Shown: positions 1 through 11,142, numbered from the stretch's first letter. The stretch is 64,000 nucleotides of DNA from Planctomycetota bacterium (GCA_965223545.1 OZ245006.1:3776001-3840000), one strand, 5' to 3'. The notes: a model not told the origin generated them from the sequence alone. Program-made: numbers and translations.

Positions 1-132
1 CTGCAGGCCCAGCAGGGCCGGCACCAGCTTGCGGTGGGTGAGGTCGCCGGTCGCGCCGAAGATCACCAGCACGCACGGCGGCGCGCCGCGCGGCCGCGCA
101 GCGGCCTGCCGGTGCGAGGCGTCGGCGGGCAT
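1..132 (-). CDS. zwf: Glucose-6-phosphate dehydrogenase, N-terminal part (runs off the window)
   Basis: Manual translation from ATG at 132 gives MPADASHRQAAARPRGAPPCVLVIFGATGDLTHRKLVPALLGLQ, containing the G6PD NADP-binding motif IFGATGDLxxRKLxPAL. It starts 2 nt after the nadA stop. Confidence 0.9.
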   Translation of the reverse strand, partial: MPADASHRQAAARPRGAPPCVLVIFGATGDLTHRKLVPALLGLQ

Positions 133-134
133 GC

Positions 135-1085
135 TCAGCTCAGCTCGAGCATGCGCTCCAGCGGCACCCGCGCGCGTTCCAACAGCGCGGGCTCCATGTC
201 GATCCGCGGCTCGAGGTCGCGGAGCGCCGTGTACATCTTCTCGATGGTGTTGAGCTTCATGTACGGGCACTGGCTGCAGCCCTCGCAACCGGTGCCGTCC
301 TCGACGGGGGCGGGGATCAGCTCCTTGTCCGGCGCCGCCTTGCGCATGGTGTGGATGATGCCGGTCTCGGTGCCGACGATGAAGGTGCGGCCCTCGTCGT
401 TGGCGACGTGCTCGAGCAGGCGCCGCGTCGAGCCGACGAAGTCGGCGTGCCGCAGGATGTGCTCCTCGCACTCGGGATGGGCGATGAACTGCGCCTCCGG
501 ATACCGCGTCTTGAGCTCGACGATCCGCCGCTCGGAGAACGTCACGTGGACGATGCAGGTGCCCGGCCACAGGTCCATCTCGCGGCCGACCTTCTTCATC
601 AAGTAGGCGCCGAGGTTCTTGTCGGGCGCGAACAGGATCGGCCGGTCCTCGGGCACCGAGCGGATGATCTTCTCGGCGTTGCTCGAGGTGCAGATCACGT
701 CCGACTGCGCCTTGGTGGCGGCCGTGCAGTTGATGTAGCTGACGACGTAGTGGTCGGGGTGCGCCGCCCGCCATGCCGCCAACTCGTCGGCCGGACACGA
801 GTCCGCCAGCGAGCACCCTGCCTCGAGATCCGGCAACAGCACGGTCTTGCTCGGGTTGAGGATCTTGGCGGTCTCGGCCATGAAATGGACGCCGCAGAAC
901 AGAATCACATCGACGTCGTCCGCCGCCTTGGCGCGCCGCGCCAAGTCGAGCGAGTCGCCGAGAAAGTCGGCGACGTCCTGGATGTCGCCGTCCTGGTAGT
1001 AGTGCGCCAAAATGATCGCGCGGCGCTCGCGCTTGAGCCGTTCGATCTCCTCGAACAGATCCAGAGCAGGGTCGATTGCGGTCAT
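135..1085 (-). CDS. nadA: Quinolinate synthase
   Basis: Motifs [50 protein letters not shown] and CPYMK; three Fe-S cysteines present. Confidence 0.97.
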   Translation of the reverse strand: MTAIDPALDLFEEIERLKRERRAIILAHYYQDGDIQDVADFLGDSLDLARRAKAADDVDVILFCGVHFMAETAKILNPSKTVLLPDLEAGCSLADSCPADELAAWRAAHPDHYVVSYINCTAATKAQSDVICTSSNAEKIIRSVPEDRPILFAPDKNLGAYLMKKVGREMDLWPGTCIVHVTFSERRIVELKTRYPEAQFIAHPECEEHILRHADFVGSTRRLLEHVANDEGRTFIVGTETGIIHTMRKAAPDKELIPAPVEDGTGCEGCSQCPYMKLNTIEKMYTALRDLEPRIDMEPALLERARVPLERMLELS

Positions 1086-1170
1086 GACATGGGCCTCCGG
1101 CCGCGGGTCTCGATAGGGCGTCGAGGGGCCTTGGCGACGCAGCTTATCCGGGGCGGAGCAGCTCCGTGGC

Positions 1171-3915
1171 CTACTCCGAGTCGCCGGTCTTCTTCGCCGC
1201 CTTCTTGGCTGCCTTCTTCTTGCTCGCCTTCTTCTTGGTGGTCTTCTTGGCCGTCTTCTTCGCGGTCTTCTTCTTGGCCGCCTTCTTCTTGGCCGCCTTC
1301 GCCGGCGCGCGGGCCGCGCGCTCGGCCAACAGCTCGATCGCCCGCTCGAGGTTGACGTCGGCGACGTTCTCGCCCCGCGGCACGCTGGCGTTCAGCGTGC
1401 CGTCCGTGACGTACGGTCCGAAGCGGCCGTCGAGGATCTTGATCGGTGCTCCGCTGTCGGGGTGTTCCCCGAGCTCGGCGAGGGCCTTGCGCGGCGTGCG
1501 CGCCGCACGTCCGCGCGCCTTCGGCTGGGCCAACAGCTCTTCCGCCTGCTGCTGCGAGATCGTCAGCGGCGACATCCCCTCGGGGATGCTGCGCGTTTCC
1601 TTGCCCCAGCGGATGTAGGGACCGAACCGGCCATTGGCGGCGGTGATCTCGACGTCCTCCGCCGGCGCCTCATCGGTGGCCTCGGTCTTCTTGGTGCCCA
1701 CCGTGCGCGGCAGCGCCAGGGTGGCGAGCGCCTCCTCCAAGGTCACCGTCTCGGGCTCCATCCCCTTCAACAGGGACGCCATCTTCGGCTTCTCGCCGTC
1801 CAACTCGTCCTGGTCTCCCAGCTGGAAGTAGGGCCCGAAGCGGCCGATCTTGACCAGCACCGAGTGCCCGCTCTCGGGATCGGCGCCGAGCTTGCGCGGC
1901 CCCTCTTCGCCCTTGGCCAGCAGCTCCAGCGCCACCTCGAGCGTGAGCTCGTCGGGCGCCATCTGATCGGGCACGCTGACCCGCGTCTCGCCGCACGACA
2001 AGAACGGACCGTAGCGGCCGACCCGCACTTCGACGCGCGTGCCCTCCTCGTTCTCACCGAGCGGAATGCCGCAGATCACGCGCGGGTCGATCTCCTGCTC
2101 CACCTTCTCGACGTGCGTCTTCAGGCCCGGATTGCCGTTGCCGTGGTAGAAGTCGCGCAGGTAGGCGAGGCCCTCGACGCGGCCGTTGCTGATCTCGTCG
2201 AGGTCGTCCTCCATGCGCGCGGTAAAGGTGTAGTCGACCAGGTGCGACAAGAAGCCGTCCAGCAGGTTGACGACGGCGAACGCGGTGAAGGTCGGCACCA
2301 GGGCGGTGCCCTTCTTGAAGCAGTACTCGCGCGCCAGGATCGTCTCGATGATCGACGCGTAGGTGCTCGGCCGGCCGATGCCGCGCGCCTCCATCTCCCG
2401 CACCAGCGAGGCCTCGGTCAACCGCGCCGGCGGCTGCGTCCGGTGGCCGTTCGCCTCGATCGACTCGGTGTCGAGGCCGTCGCCCTCGGTGACGTCGGGC
2501 AGCAGCTTGTCGCCACTCTGCTCGCCGCCCTTGTCCGCCTCGCTCTCATCGCTCTGCACGTACGCCAGCCGATAGCCCGGGAACTGGATGACGCGGCCGG
2601 TGGCCTGGAACGTCGCGTCGTCGATGCCGAGCTGCAGCGTCGTGCGCATGCCGCGCGCGTCCCTCATCTGACAGGCGACGGTGCGCTGGAAGATCAGGGT
2701 GTAGAGCTTGCGCTCATCGTCGTTGAGCTCACCGGCGAGCTCCGCCGGCGTGCGGAACGTCGCGCCGGCCGGACGGATCGCCTCGTGCGCCTCTTGCGCG
2801 TTCTTGACCTTGGTCTTGTAGGTGCGCGGAGCATCGGGCCGGTTCTCGGCGCCGTACTGCTCCTCGATCAAGGTGCGCGCCGCGGTCAACGCCTCGTTGG
2901 ACAAGGTCGTCGAGTCGGTGCGCATGTAAGTGATGTAGCCGTTCTCGTACAGACGCTGCGCGGTGCGCATGGTGCGCTGCGCGCTGAAGCGCATCTTGCG
3001 CGACGCCTCCTGCTGCAACGTCGAGGTGGTGAACGGCGGCGCCGGGCGCTCGGTGAACGGCTTCTGCTCAAGGCTCTTGACCACTGCCCGGCCGGCGAGC
3101 AAACGGTCGCACAGCGCGCGCGCCGCGGACTCGTCGAGCTGCAGCGGCGCGTCGGCACCCTTCTTCTTGAGCGCGCCGGTGTCGGGATCGAAGTCCTTGC
3201 CGCTGGCCACGCGGCGGTCGCCGACGGCGATCAGCGTGGCGGCGAACGGCTCGCTGCCCTCGGCCGCGAACCGGCCTTCGAGATCCCAGTAGTCGGCAGC
3301 GCGGAATCGCATGCGCTCGCGCTCGCGCTCGACCACCAACCGCACCGCGACGCTCTGCACGCGGCCGGCCGACAACTTCGGCCGTACCTTCTTCCACAGC
3401 AGCGGCGACACCGAGTAGCCGTAGAGCCGATCCACCAGCCGCCGGGTCTCCTGCGCCTCGACCAGGTCTTCGTTGATCTCCCGCGGGTTGGCCAGCGCCG
3501 CTTGGATGGCGGTCTTGGTGATCTCGTGGAACACCAGCCGCTTGACCTCGCCCTTGGGCTTGAGCTCCTGCACCAAGTGCCACGAGATCGACTCGCCCTC
3601 GCGGTCTTCATCGGTCGCGAGGTAGACGACGGAGGCATCCTTGACCAGCTGCTTGAGCTTGCGGATCTGCTCCTTCTTCTCGCGCGGCACGACGTAGAGC
3701 GGACGGAAGTCGTTCTCGATGTCGATCCCCAGCCGGGCCCACGGCTCCTTCTTGTACGCGGCCGGAATCTCGGCGGCGTTCGCGGGGAGGTCGCGGATGT
3801 GGCCGACGGAGGCCTCGATCACGTAGTCCTTGCCGATGAACCGGCCGACCGTACGGGCCTTGGCCGGGGACTCGACGATCACCAGTGCTTTTCCGGTCTT
3901 TTGCTTCGTGGCCAT
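1171..3915 (-). CDS. topA: DNA topoisomerase I (type IA) with C-terminal GR(F/Y)GP repeats and a Lys/Ala-rich tail
   Basis: Motifs [32 protein letters not shown] (catalytic Tyr), [10 protein letters not shown] and GIGRPSTY; four GR(F/Y)GP repeats; KKAAKK tail. Confidence 0.97.
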   Translation of the reverse strand: MATKQKTGKALVIVESPAKARTVGRFIGKDYVIEASVGHIRDLPANAAEIPAAYKKEPWARLGIDIENDFRPLYVVPREKKEQIRKLKQLVKDASVVYLATDEDREGESISWHLVQELKPKGEVKRLVFHEITKTAIQAALANPREINEDLVEAQETRRLVDRLYGYSVSPLLWKKVRPKLSAGRVQSVAVRLVVERERERMRFRAADYWDLEGRFAAEGSEPFAATLIAVGDRRVASGKDFDPDTGALKKKGADAPLQLDESAARALCDRLLAGRAVVKSLEQKPFTERPAPPFTTSTLQQEASRKMRFSAQRTMRTAQRLYENGYITYMRTDSTTLSNEALTAARTLIEEQYGAENRPDAPRTYKTKVKNAQEAHEAIRPAGATFRTPAELAGELNDDERKLYTLIFQRTVACQMRDARGMRTTLQLGIDDATFQATGRVIQFPGYRLAYVQSDESEADKGGEQSGDKLLPDVTEGDGLDTESIEANGHRTQPPARLTEASLVREMEARGIGRPSTYASIIETILAREYCFKKGTALVPTFTAFAVVNLLDGFLSHLVDYTFTARMEDDLDEISNGRVEGLAYLRDFYHGNGNPGLKTHVEKVEQEIDPRVICGIPLGENEEGTRVEVRVGRYGPFLSCGETRVSVPDQMAPDELTLEVALELLAKGEEGPRKLGADPESGHSVLVKIGRFGPYFQLGDQDELDGEKPKMASLLKGMEPETVTLEEALATLALPRTVGTKKTEATDEAPAEDVEITAANGRFGPYIRWGKETRSIPEGMSPLTISQQQAEELLAQPKARGRAARTPRKALAELGEHPDSGAPIKILDGRFGPYVTDGTLNASVPRGENVADVNLERAIELLAERAARAPAKAAKKKAAKKKTAKKTAKKTTKKKASKKKAAKKAAKKTGDSE

Positions 3916-4069
3916 CGGGTCGGCGCGAGTGTTAGGGCGCGCGGTGACCGCGTGTCAAGGGTTGGGTCGTCGAAGCGGGGGACCGGGCCGATCACCCGGG
4001 CAATCGGCAGCCACCGCGAACCCGGCCTTTGCAGTAGCCTGGCCCATTCTCCCCAACTGGAGCAACGAC

Positions 4070-4843
4070 ATGCACTTGAAGGCGTTTTCGTGGGTGCTCG
4101 CGGCGACCCTGGGCAGCGCACTGGACGCACAGACCATCAGTCGAGTCGTGCCCGACGCGGCCTCTCCCGGCGACCTGGTGATCGTTCAGGGCAGCGGCCT
4201 CGGCGCGGTGGCGAGCGTGCGCTTCCGCGCCACCGTCGGCGGCTTCGCCGGATCCTGGACCGTCGACGTGACCCCCCTGTCGCTCTCCGCCACCGCGCTC
4301 ACGGTGCGGGTCCCGCAGATGGCCGGCTTCGCCCCGCCGACCGCGGTGCCGCCGGGAGACCCTATGGGCCGCATCTCGATCGGCGCGAGCGGCACGCGCT
4401 TCTTCTTCCTGCAGGGCACGTTCGACCCGCGCACCAACCTGGCGCCGCAGTCCGTGACCCAGGGGGTCGGCACCACCCAGTCGACCGGCGCCGGCCGACC
4501 CGTCGTCTGCTTCGACCTGGACGGAGGGGCGCCCGTCGCCGGCAATGCGGGCTTCGTCTTCGAGCTCGAGAACGCGGTGCCCGCCAGCGCGGCGACCGCC
4601 GTCATCGGCCTGCCGGCTCCGCTGCCGTACCTGCCGATCGGCGACGGCACGCTGACGGTCGGCACGGCGGTGATGGTGTTCGTCGGCCCGATCGCGACCG
4701 ACGCCGCCGGCGACGCCCGCCTGCCGCTGCCCGTGCCCGGCGCGCCGGTGAGCAGCGTCGACATCGCGCTGCAGTGGGCAGTGCTGGATGCCGGCCTTGC
4801 CGGCGGCGTCGCGGTCAGCAACGGCCTGCGCATCACCCTGTAG
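4070..4843 (+). CDS. Secreted protein with an IPT/TIG-like domain and the shared C-terminal domain
   Basis: ATG 4070 follows GGAG; signal peptide MHLKAFSWVLAATLGSALDA; ISRVVPDAASPGDLVIVQGSGL is TIG-like; ends LQWAVLD...SNGLRITL. Confidence 0.7.
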   Translation: MHLKAFSWVLAATLGSALDAQTISRVVPDAASPGDLVIVQGSGLGAVASVRFRATVGGFAGSWTVDVTPLSLSATALTVRVPQMAGFAPPTAVPPGDPMGRISIGASGTRFFFLQGTFDPRTNLAPQSVTQGVGTTQSTGAGRPVVCFDLDGGAPVAGNAGFVFELENAVPASAATAVIGLPAPLPYLPIGDGTLTVGTAVMVFVGPIATDAAGDARLPLPVPGAPVSSVDIALQWAVLDAGLAGGVAVSNGLRITL

Positions 4844-5119
4844 CACCCCGCCGGGGGCGCGTTTCGACGCGGGGAAAACACTTGACGCACGCAGTCGCTA
4901 CGGATAGGCCGTGCGCTTGGTTCGCCTGGTCGAACGGCGGTTGCCGCCCTCGATCAGCAACCCCTTAAATTAGCTACTGAAAAGGGTTTCCGTCAATCGC
5001 GGCGGACTGAGACGGCGCCTCCCACCGCGGCCGTCCATCGACACCAGCGGCGTCCATCCACGCTTCGAGCACTCCGCCGCACCCCGCGATTGACCACGGA
5101 ACTTTTGCAGGATCCGAGC

Positions 5120-7255
5120 ATGAACCAGACCGAGAAGATCGTCCTCGGCGGCGGCGGCTATTGCACCTACGCGCCCCGCTTCCCCCGCTATCAGACTTCG
5201 CCCGGCTTCTTCGACGACGTCTCGATCTACAACGCGACGGTGCGGCCGCTCTACGCTCTCCACGTCCTGAGGGGTGGGGTGCCGGTGACGCTGAGCTGCA
5301 CCGGGGTGGAGCGCAAGGACGGCTGCGCGGTGTTGACCTTCAAGAGCGGCGACGGCGTCAAGCTCATCGAGACCCGGATGGTGACCACCGACGACCGCTT
5401 CGTCTCGAAGGTCGAGGTCACCAACGAGACCAAGACCGAGACCGAGCTGGTGCTGGTGCAGTGGACCACCGTCGACCCCGAGGGCGAGGCCGTGTCGCTC
5501 GAGGGCGACAGCTTCCGCGTGCGCCGGACCCTGCAGCCCGACGACACCGACGCGATCCCGGTGGAGATCGTCTGGAGCAGTCCCGACTCCAAGGGCGCGC
5601 GCTGCATCCAGGCGATGTTCGGCGAGGGCGGCAGCGACCGGCCCGACTACGAAGAGACCCCCTGGTTCGAGCTCGAGGACATGCCGACGCCGCGCGCCAA
5701 GCGGCCGATGGTCAAGCCGAGTCCCATCGTGCCGACGTCCCGGGTCTACGCCGGCGTGTTCCGCCCGATCAAGCTCAAGGGCGGCGCCACCGCGAAGCAC
5801 CGCTTCGAGGCCAACGTGATCTTCAAGGGCAAGGGCATCAACTATCGCCCGCGCCGGCCCGACCCCAAGGACGAGAACGGCTACTCCGCCTTCATGGACA
5901 AGGCGCCGCGCTTCGTGTGCGAGGACAAGCGGCTCGAGCGCCTGGTGCGGCACCGCTTCGAGACGCTGCACGTGCTGCGCCTGCCCAACGGCGTCGGCAA
6001 CATGAGTGCGCACAGCGTGTGCGAGGGCGACGGCGATCTGCACGTCCCGTGCGCGTTTACCGCGCCGTCGATCCTGCGCGAAGCGCGGTGGTTGACCGAC
6101 CCGTCGCTGGCGCGCGGCGTGCTGCGCAGCTTCTTCGAGAACATCCGCCAGAGCGGCATGGTCCCCGGCCACATCCGACTGGTGACGATGCCGACCTGCG
6201 GCTTCTACCACGCCGACTGGGGCGGTGGCTTCGAAGCACTGGACGCCATCCATCCCGATCGCGCGACCAAGCGCGCGGTGCTGATGGCGATGCAGCGCTA
6301 CGTCAAGTGGCTGGCCAACAACCGCGACCCCGAGGGCAGCGGTCTCACCGACGTCGTCAACCAGCGCGAGTCGGGCCAGCGCATGTCGCGCCGCTTCACG
6401 CTGTTCGACGACAAGTGCGACCGCGCCGAGGACTTCGGCGAGCACTTCCGCGTCAAGGCGGTCGACGCCAGCATCTTCCGCTACCGGCTGGTGCGCTACC
6501 TGGCGCAGGTGGCGGACGAAGTGCAGGAAAAGGCGATGGCCAACCGCTTCATCGCCGAGACCGAAGTGATCCACGACGTGATCCGCAAGCGGCTGTGGGA
6601 CGAGAAGACCAAGCTGTTCATGGACGTCGACCCGAAGACGCGGCGCAAGACCGGCGTCAAGTCGGCCGTCGGCTTCTACCCGCTGGCCACCGACGTGCCC
6701 AAGCCGGCGCAGGTCGACGGCCTGCTGGCCTCGCTGAGCGACCGCAAGGAGTTCTGGAGCAAGTACCCGGTGCCGACGGTGGGCATGAGCGATCCCTCGT
6801 TCAGCGCCGACGGACAGTGGAAGGGCACGCGCGCGACCTCGCCGTGGAACGGCCGCACCTGGGGCATCGTCAACTCCCACATCCTCGAGGGGTTGGCCTA
6901 CGTCGCCGAGCGCGGCAACAAGAAGGCGCAGAAGCTGTGCGGGGATCTGTTCGAGCGCACCGTGGCGATGATGTCCGGCCAGCTCGAGGACCGCGAGCAG
7001 GCCAACTCGTGCGCGCACTTCCACCCGATCACCGGCCGCGGCAACCGCGCCAGCGGCACCGGGTGCACCACCGGCACGTTCATCCTCGACAACATCTTCC
7101 GCATCGGCTGCGGCTTCGCGGTCCGCTTCGGCGAGGTGCAGGACGACCCGGTCATTAAGGACATGCCCGACTTCAAGCTGCAGGACCTGCCGGTCGGCAA
7201 CAAGCGCTACACCGTCGAGCGCAAGGGCAGCAAGCTGAAGATCGCCCAGCAGTAG
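5120..7255 (+). CDS. GH63/MGH1-like (alpha/alpha)6 glycoside hydrolase homologue, possibly catalytically inactive
   Basis: C-terminal motifs LWDEKTKLFMD, KSAVGFYPL, FWSKYPVPTV, WNGRTW and HPITGRG; strong GC3 bias. An alternative TTG start lies at 5090. Confidence 0.7.
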   Translation: MNQTEKIVLGGGGYCTYAPRFPRYQTSPGFFDDVSIYNATVRPLYALHVLRGGVPVTLSCTGVERKDGCAVLTFKSGDGVKLIETRMVTTDDRFVSKVEVTNETKTETELVLVQWTTVDPEGEAVSLEGDSFRVRRTLQPDDTDAIPVEIVWSSPDSKGARCIQAMFGEGGSDRPDYEETPWFELEDMPTPRAKRPMVKPSPIVPTSRVYAGVFRPIKLKGGATAKHRFEANVIFKGKGINYRPRRPDPKDENGYSAFMDKAPRFVCEDKRLERLVRHRFETLHVLRLPNGVGNMSAHSVCEGDGDLHVPCAFTAPSILREARWLTDPSLARGVLRSFFENIRQSGMVPGHIRLVTMPTCGFYHADWGGGFEALDAIHPDRATKRAVLMAMQRYVKWLANNRDPEGSGLTDVVNQRESGQRMSRRFTLFDDKCDRAEDFGEHFRVKAVDASIFRYRLVRYLAQVADEVQEKAMANRFIAETEVIHDVIRKRLWDEKTKLFMDVDPKTRRKTGVKSAVGFYPLATDVPKPAQVDGLLASLSDRKEFWSKYPVPTVGMSDPSFSADGQWKGTRATSPWNGRTWGIVNSHILEGLAYVAERGNKKAQKLCGDLFERTVAMMSGQLEDREQANSCAHFHPITGRGNRASGTGCTTGTFILDNIFRIGCGFAVRFGEVQDDPVIKDMPDFKLQDLPVGNKRYTVERKGSKLKIAQQ

Positions 7256-7263
7256 GGCGGCCG

Positions 7264-8223
7264 GTGGCGGCGCCCGACCTCGACAGCGTGCGCGCGGCGC
7301 ACGCGCGCATCCGCGCCCACGTGCACCGCACGCCGGTGCTCACGTCGACGACGTTCGACCGCGAGCTGGGCGCACAACTGTTCTTCAAGTGCGAGAACCT
7401 GCAGAAGGTCGGCGCCTTCAAGGCGCGCGGCGCGGTCAACGCCGTGCTGTCGCTGGACGATGCGGCGCTGCAGCGCGGCGTGCTGACGCACTCGTCCGGC
7501 AATCACGCCGCGGCGCTGGCCTACGCGGCGAGCTTGCGCAGTGCGCCGTGCGTGGTGGTGATGCCGCGGTCGGCGGCCCCGATCAAAGTCGCGGCCGTGC
7601 GCGGCTACGGCGCCGAAATCGTCTTCTGCGACGAAGGCCAGAGGGCCGAGACCGCGCAGCGCGTGCAGGGCGAGCGCGGCCTGACGTTCGTCTCGCCGTT
7701 CGACCAGGACACCATCGTCGCCGGACAGGGCACCGCGGCCCTCGAGCTGCTCGAGGACGTGCCCGACCTCGACATCATCATCGCCCCGGTCGGCGGTGGC
7801 GGCCTGCTGGCGGGGACCGCCCTGGCCGCGCGCGCCGCCGAGCCGGCGCCGCGCGTGTTCGGCGCCGAGCCGGCCGCCGTCGACGATGCCTACCACTCGC
7901 TGCGCAGCGGCGAGCGCCAGCCCGCGGTTGCCAACCCGCAGACCTGGGCCGACGGCCTGCTGACCGGCCTGGGAGAGCTCAACTTCGCGATCCTGAAGCA
8001 ACGCGGCGTGCAGGTCGTGCGCGTCGAAGAGGATGCGATGCTGCGCGCGGCGCGCGACGTGCTGCAGCGCATGAAGCTGCTCATCGAGCCGTCGAGCGCA
8101 ACCGTGCTGGCGGCGGTGCGGGCCCAACGCGCGGCGTGGGCCGGATTGCGCATCGGCGCGATCATCAGCGGCGGAAACACGGACCTCGCGTGGCTGGCGG
8201 CAGTGGACGGCGCCGGCGACTGA
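7264..8223 (+). CDS. PLP-dependent serine/threonine dehydratase or serine racemase family protein
   Basis: Motifs FKCENLQKVGAFKARGA (PLP lysine), SSGNH, AGQGT, VGGGGL, EPS and SGGN; no regulatory ACT domain. Confidence 0.9.
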   Translation: MAAPDLDSVRAAHARIRAHVHRTPVLTSTTFDRELGAQLFFKCENLQKVGAFKARGAVNAVLSLDDAALQRGVLTHSSGNHAAALAYAASLRSAPCVVVMPRSAAPIKVAAVRGYGAEIVFCDEGQRAETAQRVQGERGLTFVSPFDQDTIVAGQGTAALELLEDVPDLDIIIAPVGGGGLLAGTALAARAAEPAPRVFGAEPAAVDDAYHSLRSGERQPAVANPQTWADGLLTGLGELNFAILKQRGVQVVRVEEDAMLRAARDVLQRMKLLIEPSSATVLAAVRAQRAAWAGLRIGAIISGGNTDLAWLAAVDGAGD

Positions 8224-8265
8224 CTCCGGCTCGAGGCAGCGCTTGGGGCGCTACAATCCCACGCG

Positions 8266-9930
8266 ATGGTGAGCAGCATGGGGTTCTCGTCGGCGCGGCA
8301 ATGCGCCACCTGCGGCGACGGTGAAGCCGCGCTGCAACGCATCGCTCTCCCCTTCTTCGAAGTCGACGGACGGCGGCTGTGCCCGCGCTGCATCGCGGCG
8401 CACGGCATTCACGGGGACCCACCACCGGCGCTCACGCTGCCGAGTGGACCGAGCCTGGCGGTGCAGTGGCCGGCGTCAGGCCTGGACGACGCCGTGCTCC
8501 TGCGTGACGCTGCGGCGGAGGTGCGCGCGGAGCTCGAGGCACCGGCGGCCGCATTGATCGCCGCGCTGCGGGGAGCAACGCCGCCGATCCCGCTCGCGGA
8601 CGCCGAGCGCCGTGTCGCGAAGCACCGCGACGTCGACGCGTTGCAGGGCCTGTTCGGCTGCTACGCCCTCTGGCTGGCGGCGTCGGGCCAGCGCCGGGAC
8701 GCCACCGGTGACGACCGCGCTGCATGCCACGAGGCTGCGCGCCAGACCGCGCTGCTGGTCACGCCGGTGCGCATTCGCGATCGCACCGACGTGGCGTTGA
8801 CCCTGCTCCGCGTCTCATTGGATGTCGCCACGGGTCAGCTCGACGCCGCGGCGCAAAGGCTGGAGAGCGCGGTACGCGGCACGCTGCCACCGGAGGCAGG
8901 GCTCCGCCTCCAGCTCGCACTGGCGTTCGTCCACGGGCAGCGCGGCCACTCCGCCGCCGTCGACCACGCCCTGGCCCAAGCGAGTCAACACGCCGGGCCA
9001 GCGACTCCCGCGGAGCGCGCCGCCCTCCACCGCGCGCAGGCAGCGCGCGCCATCGAGCGCCAGCGTTGGCTCGACGCGGAAACGGCCCTCGCGGGCTACT
9101 TGGCGATTTCGCCAGACGACGGATCGGCGTGGCACGCCCGCGTGCTGGCGGCGCTCCGCCGCGGCCAAGCCGGCACCGCAGCCGCCGTCGCCGCTGCGCA
9201 CGAGGCGGTCACCGCCCTGCCCGACGACGGCCACGCCCACTATTTGCTCGCACTGGCGCACCACGAGTCGGGCGACTTCGCGGCGGCCGCAGCGGAGATC
9301 GACGACCGGCGCGCGGCGCAATCCCCGCGCGAAGCGGTGCTGCTCGCGCACGCAGCCGCCAGGACCGGCGAGACCGCCCGCGCCCGGCGCGCACTCGAGG
9401 CTGTGTTCGCCGCGCACCCCAGCTCGGCCGACGTGCAGGCCAGCCTCTGGCACGTGCTGCAAGACGAGCTGGTGGGTGCGCTGCGCAGTGACTCACCGCC
9501 GCGCTGCGCCGCGCTTGCCGACTTGGTCGCCGACCACGCCGACCTGCTCCTGCGGCGCTTCGGCGCCCCCCACGCGTGGATGCTGGCACGCTTCATCCAC
9601 CGCGAGCTGCAAGTCGAAGGCCAAGCCCAGGCCAAGCTCGGCCTCAGCGCCCGCGAGGCCGAAGTCGACACCGGATCACACGACTTCACCGCGATGCAGA
9701 CCTATGCGCTCTTGGCCGAGCGCAACCTCGGCGTGGCGCTCGACAAGAACGCGCGCCTCCGCCGCGCCAACGCGGCCCCGGTGCCGGTCGTGCTGCTCGG
9801 CCTGCTGCTCCAGCAGGCCGTGCACCACTGGAACGCGATCGACCGCGAGATGGTGTGCTCTCAGCTGCGGCGGGTCATCGACGCGTTGCGTGCACGGCTC
9901 CCGACGGCCGATGACTCTGGCCTCGGGTGA
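8266..9930 (+). CDS. Hypothetical protein with an N-terminal CxxC...CxxC Zn-ribbon and TPR-like helical repeats
   Basis: CATC...CPRC pair, Ala-rich helical repeats (e.g. HAHYLLALAHHESGDFAAA); TACAAT lies 8 nt before the ATG. Confidence 0.6.
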   Translation: MVSSMGFSSARQCATCGDGEAALQRIALPFFEVDGRRLCPRCIAAHGIHGDPPPALTLPSGPSLAVQWPASGLDDAVLLRDAAAEVRAELEAPAAALIAALRGATPPIPLADAERRVAKHRDVDALQGLFGCYALWLAASGQRRDATGDDRAACHEAARQTALLVTPVRIRDRTDVALTLLRVSLDVATGQLDAAAQRLESAVRGTLPPEAGLRLQLALAFVHGQRGHSAAVDHALAQASQHAGPATPAERAALHRAQAARAIERQRWLDAETALAGYLAISPDDGSAWHARVLAALRRGQAGTAAAVAAAHEAVTALPDDGHAHYLLALAHHESGDFAAAAAEIDDRRAAQSPREAVLLAHAAARTGETARARRALEAVFAAHPSSADVQASLWHVLQDELVGALRSDSPPRCAALADLVADHADLLLRRFGAPHAWMLARFIHRELQVEGQAQAKLGLSAREAEVDTGSHDFTAMQTYALLAERNLGVALDKNARLRRANAAPVPVVLLGLLLQQAVHHWNAIDREMVCSQLRRVIDALRARLPTADDSGLG

Positions 9931-9987
9931 CCTGGCGGACTTGCGCCAACTCGGCGTTTGCGCCAAGCTCATCCCAGGAGGAACGCG

Positions 9988-11142
9988 ATGAGGACGATGT
10001 GTTCTTTGCTGGCCCTGTGCGCACCCGCGATCACGGCCCCCGCTCAGCAGACCTGGATCGTCGACAGCCAGAACCGACCGGGCACGCAATTCACCGACAT
10101 CCAGCCCGCCGTCGACGCGGCCACGCCAGGGGACCGGATCGTGGTCCGCGACGGCAGCTACTCGACGGCGACGGTGGGCAAGGGTGTCTGGATCGACGGC
10201 CAACCAGGCGCCGTCATCTCGACCCCGTTGGTCGGCCCGGCGCTGGTAGTGAGCAACCTGCCTGCTGGGCAAACGTGCCGCGTCTCGTCGCTGGTCGCTG
10301 GCACGCTCGGCACGCGGGTGGAGGTGATCTCCTGCGCCGGCACCGTCCACATCGAAGACTTCGGCTCCGCCGGTCTTCCAGGTCGGATTCTGGACACCAC
10401 CGACAGCGCCCGGATTTCGCTGGCGCGGTGCGGCGGTACGACGCCGGCCGCCATCCGCATAACGCGCAGCAACGTGAACGTCACGCAGTGCACCCTCGAG
10501 GGCTTCGACTCGCAGCTCCTTCTGCCAGGGCCGTCGAGCCCTGCCGTCGACTTGATCGCAGGCACGGCCGAGCTCAGCGACACGGTCGCCACGGGCGGCG
10601 ATGGCCTCTGGGGCAGCACTCCGTGGTACGGCTACTCGGGCTCGCCCGCGGTCAAGGTCGGCAGCGGCGCCCGCGTGCGGGTCACCGGCGACTCGTCGCT
10701 GGCTGGAGGATGGGATCCGTACACCAACGTGCGCGCGGTCGAGGGGGCCGGCAGCGCGTGGATCGACCCGCGCGTGGTCGTGCAGGGCGCCCTTTCGACC
10801 GGCGTCGTCACCACGGTCCCGTCGCTAGCGCTGACCGCGGCGCAGGTTGGCGGCACATCGAACGCTACTCTGCAGAGCGAGCCGGGCCGCGCCTGGGTCG
10901 CCGCCGTGGGCCTCGCGGCCGCGCCACAGCCGACGCCCTGGCAGAGCGACTGGTGGCTCGCCCCCGGCACCGCGACGGTGGCTCGGAGCGGCGTCACCGA
11001 CCCGGCCACGGGCAACGCCACTTTTGCGGTGCGCGTCCCCAACCTATCGGCCCTGCAAGGGCTCTTGGTCTCGTGGCAGGGAGCCACCGATACCGCGGCG
11101 GGGTTGCGACTCACCAACCCCGTCGACCAGCTCATCCGCTGA
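9988..11142 (+). CDS. Secreted beta-helix-like protein with the shared C-terminal domain
   Basis: AGGAGG RBS before ATG 9988; signal peptide; FTDIQPAVDAATPGDRIVVRDGSY is typical of pectin-lyase-like fold starts; ends VPNLSALQGLLVSWQG...LTNPV. Confidence 0.7.
   Translation: MRTMCSLLALCAPAITAPAQQTWIVDSQNRPGTQFTDIQPAVDAATPGDRIVVRDGSYSTATVGKGVWIDGQPGAVISTPLVGPALVVSNLPAGQTCRVSSLVAGTLGTRVEVISCAGTVHIEDFGSAGLPGRILDTTDSARISLARCGGTTPAAIRITRSNVNVTQCTLEGFDSQLLLPGPSSPAVDLIAGTAELSDTVATGGDGLWGSTPWYGYSGSPAVKVGSGARVRVTGDSSLAGGWDPYTNVRAVEGAGSAWIDPRVVVQGALSTGVVTTVPSLALTAAQVGGTSNATLQSEPGRAWVAAVGLAAAPQPTPWQSDWWLAPGTATVARSGVTDPATGNATFAVRVPNLSALQGLLVSWQGATDTAAGLRLTNPVDQLIR

Noticed and set aside
1166..1618. Hydrophobic [13 protein letters not shown] resembling a membrane protein
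   Set aside because: It is the antisense reading of the Lys/Ala-rich topA tail.
1462..4968. 1168-aa plus-strand ORF and similar long shadow ORFs (e.g. 4970-7024, 27016-28404)
   Set aside because: These lie antisense to well-supported genes; stop-poor shadow frames are expected at this GC content.
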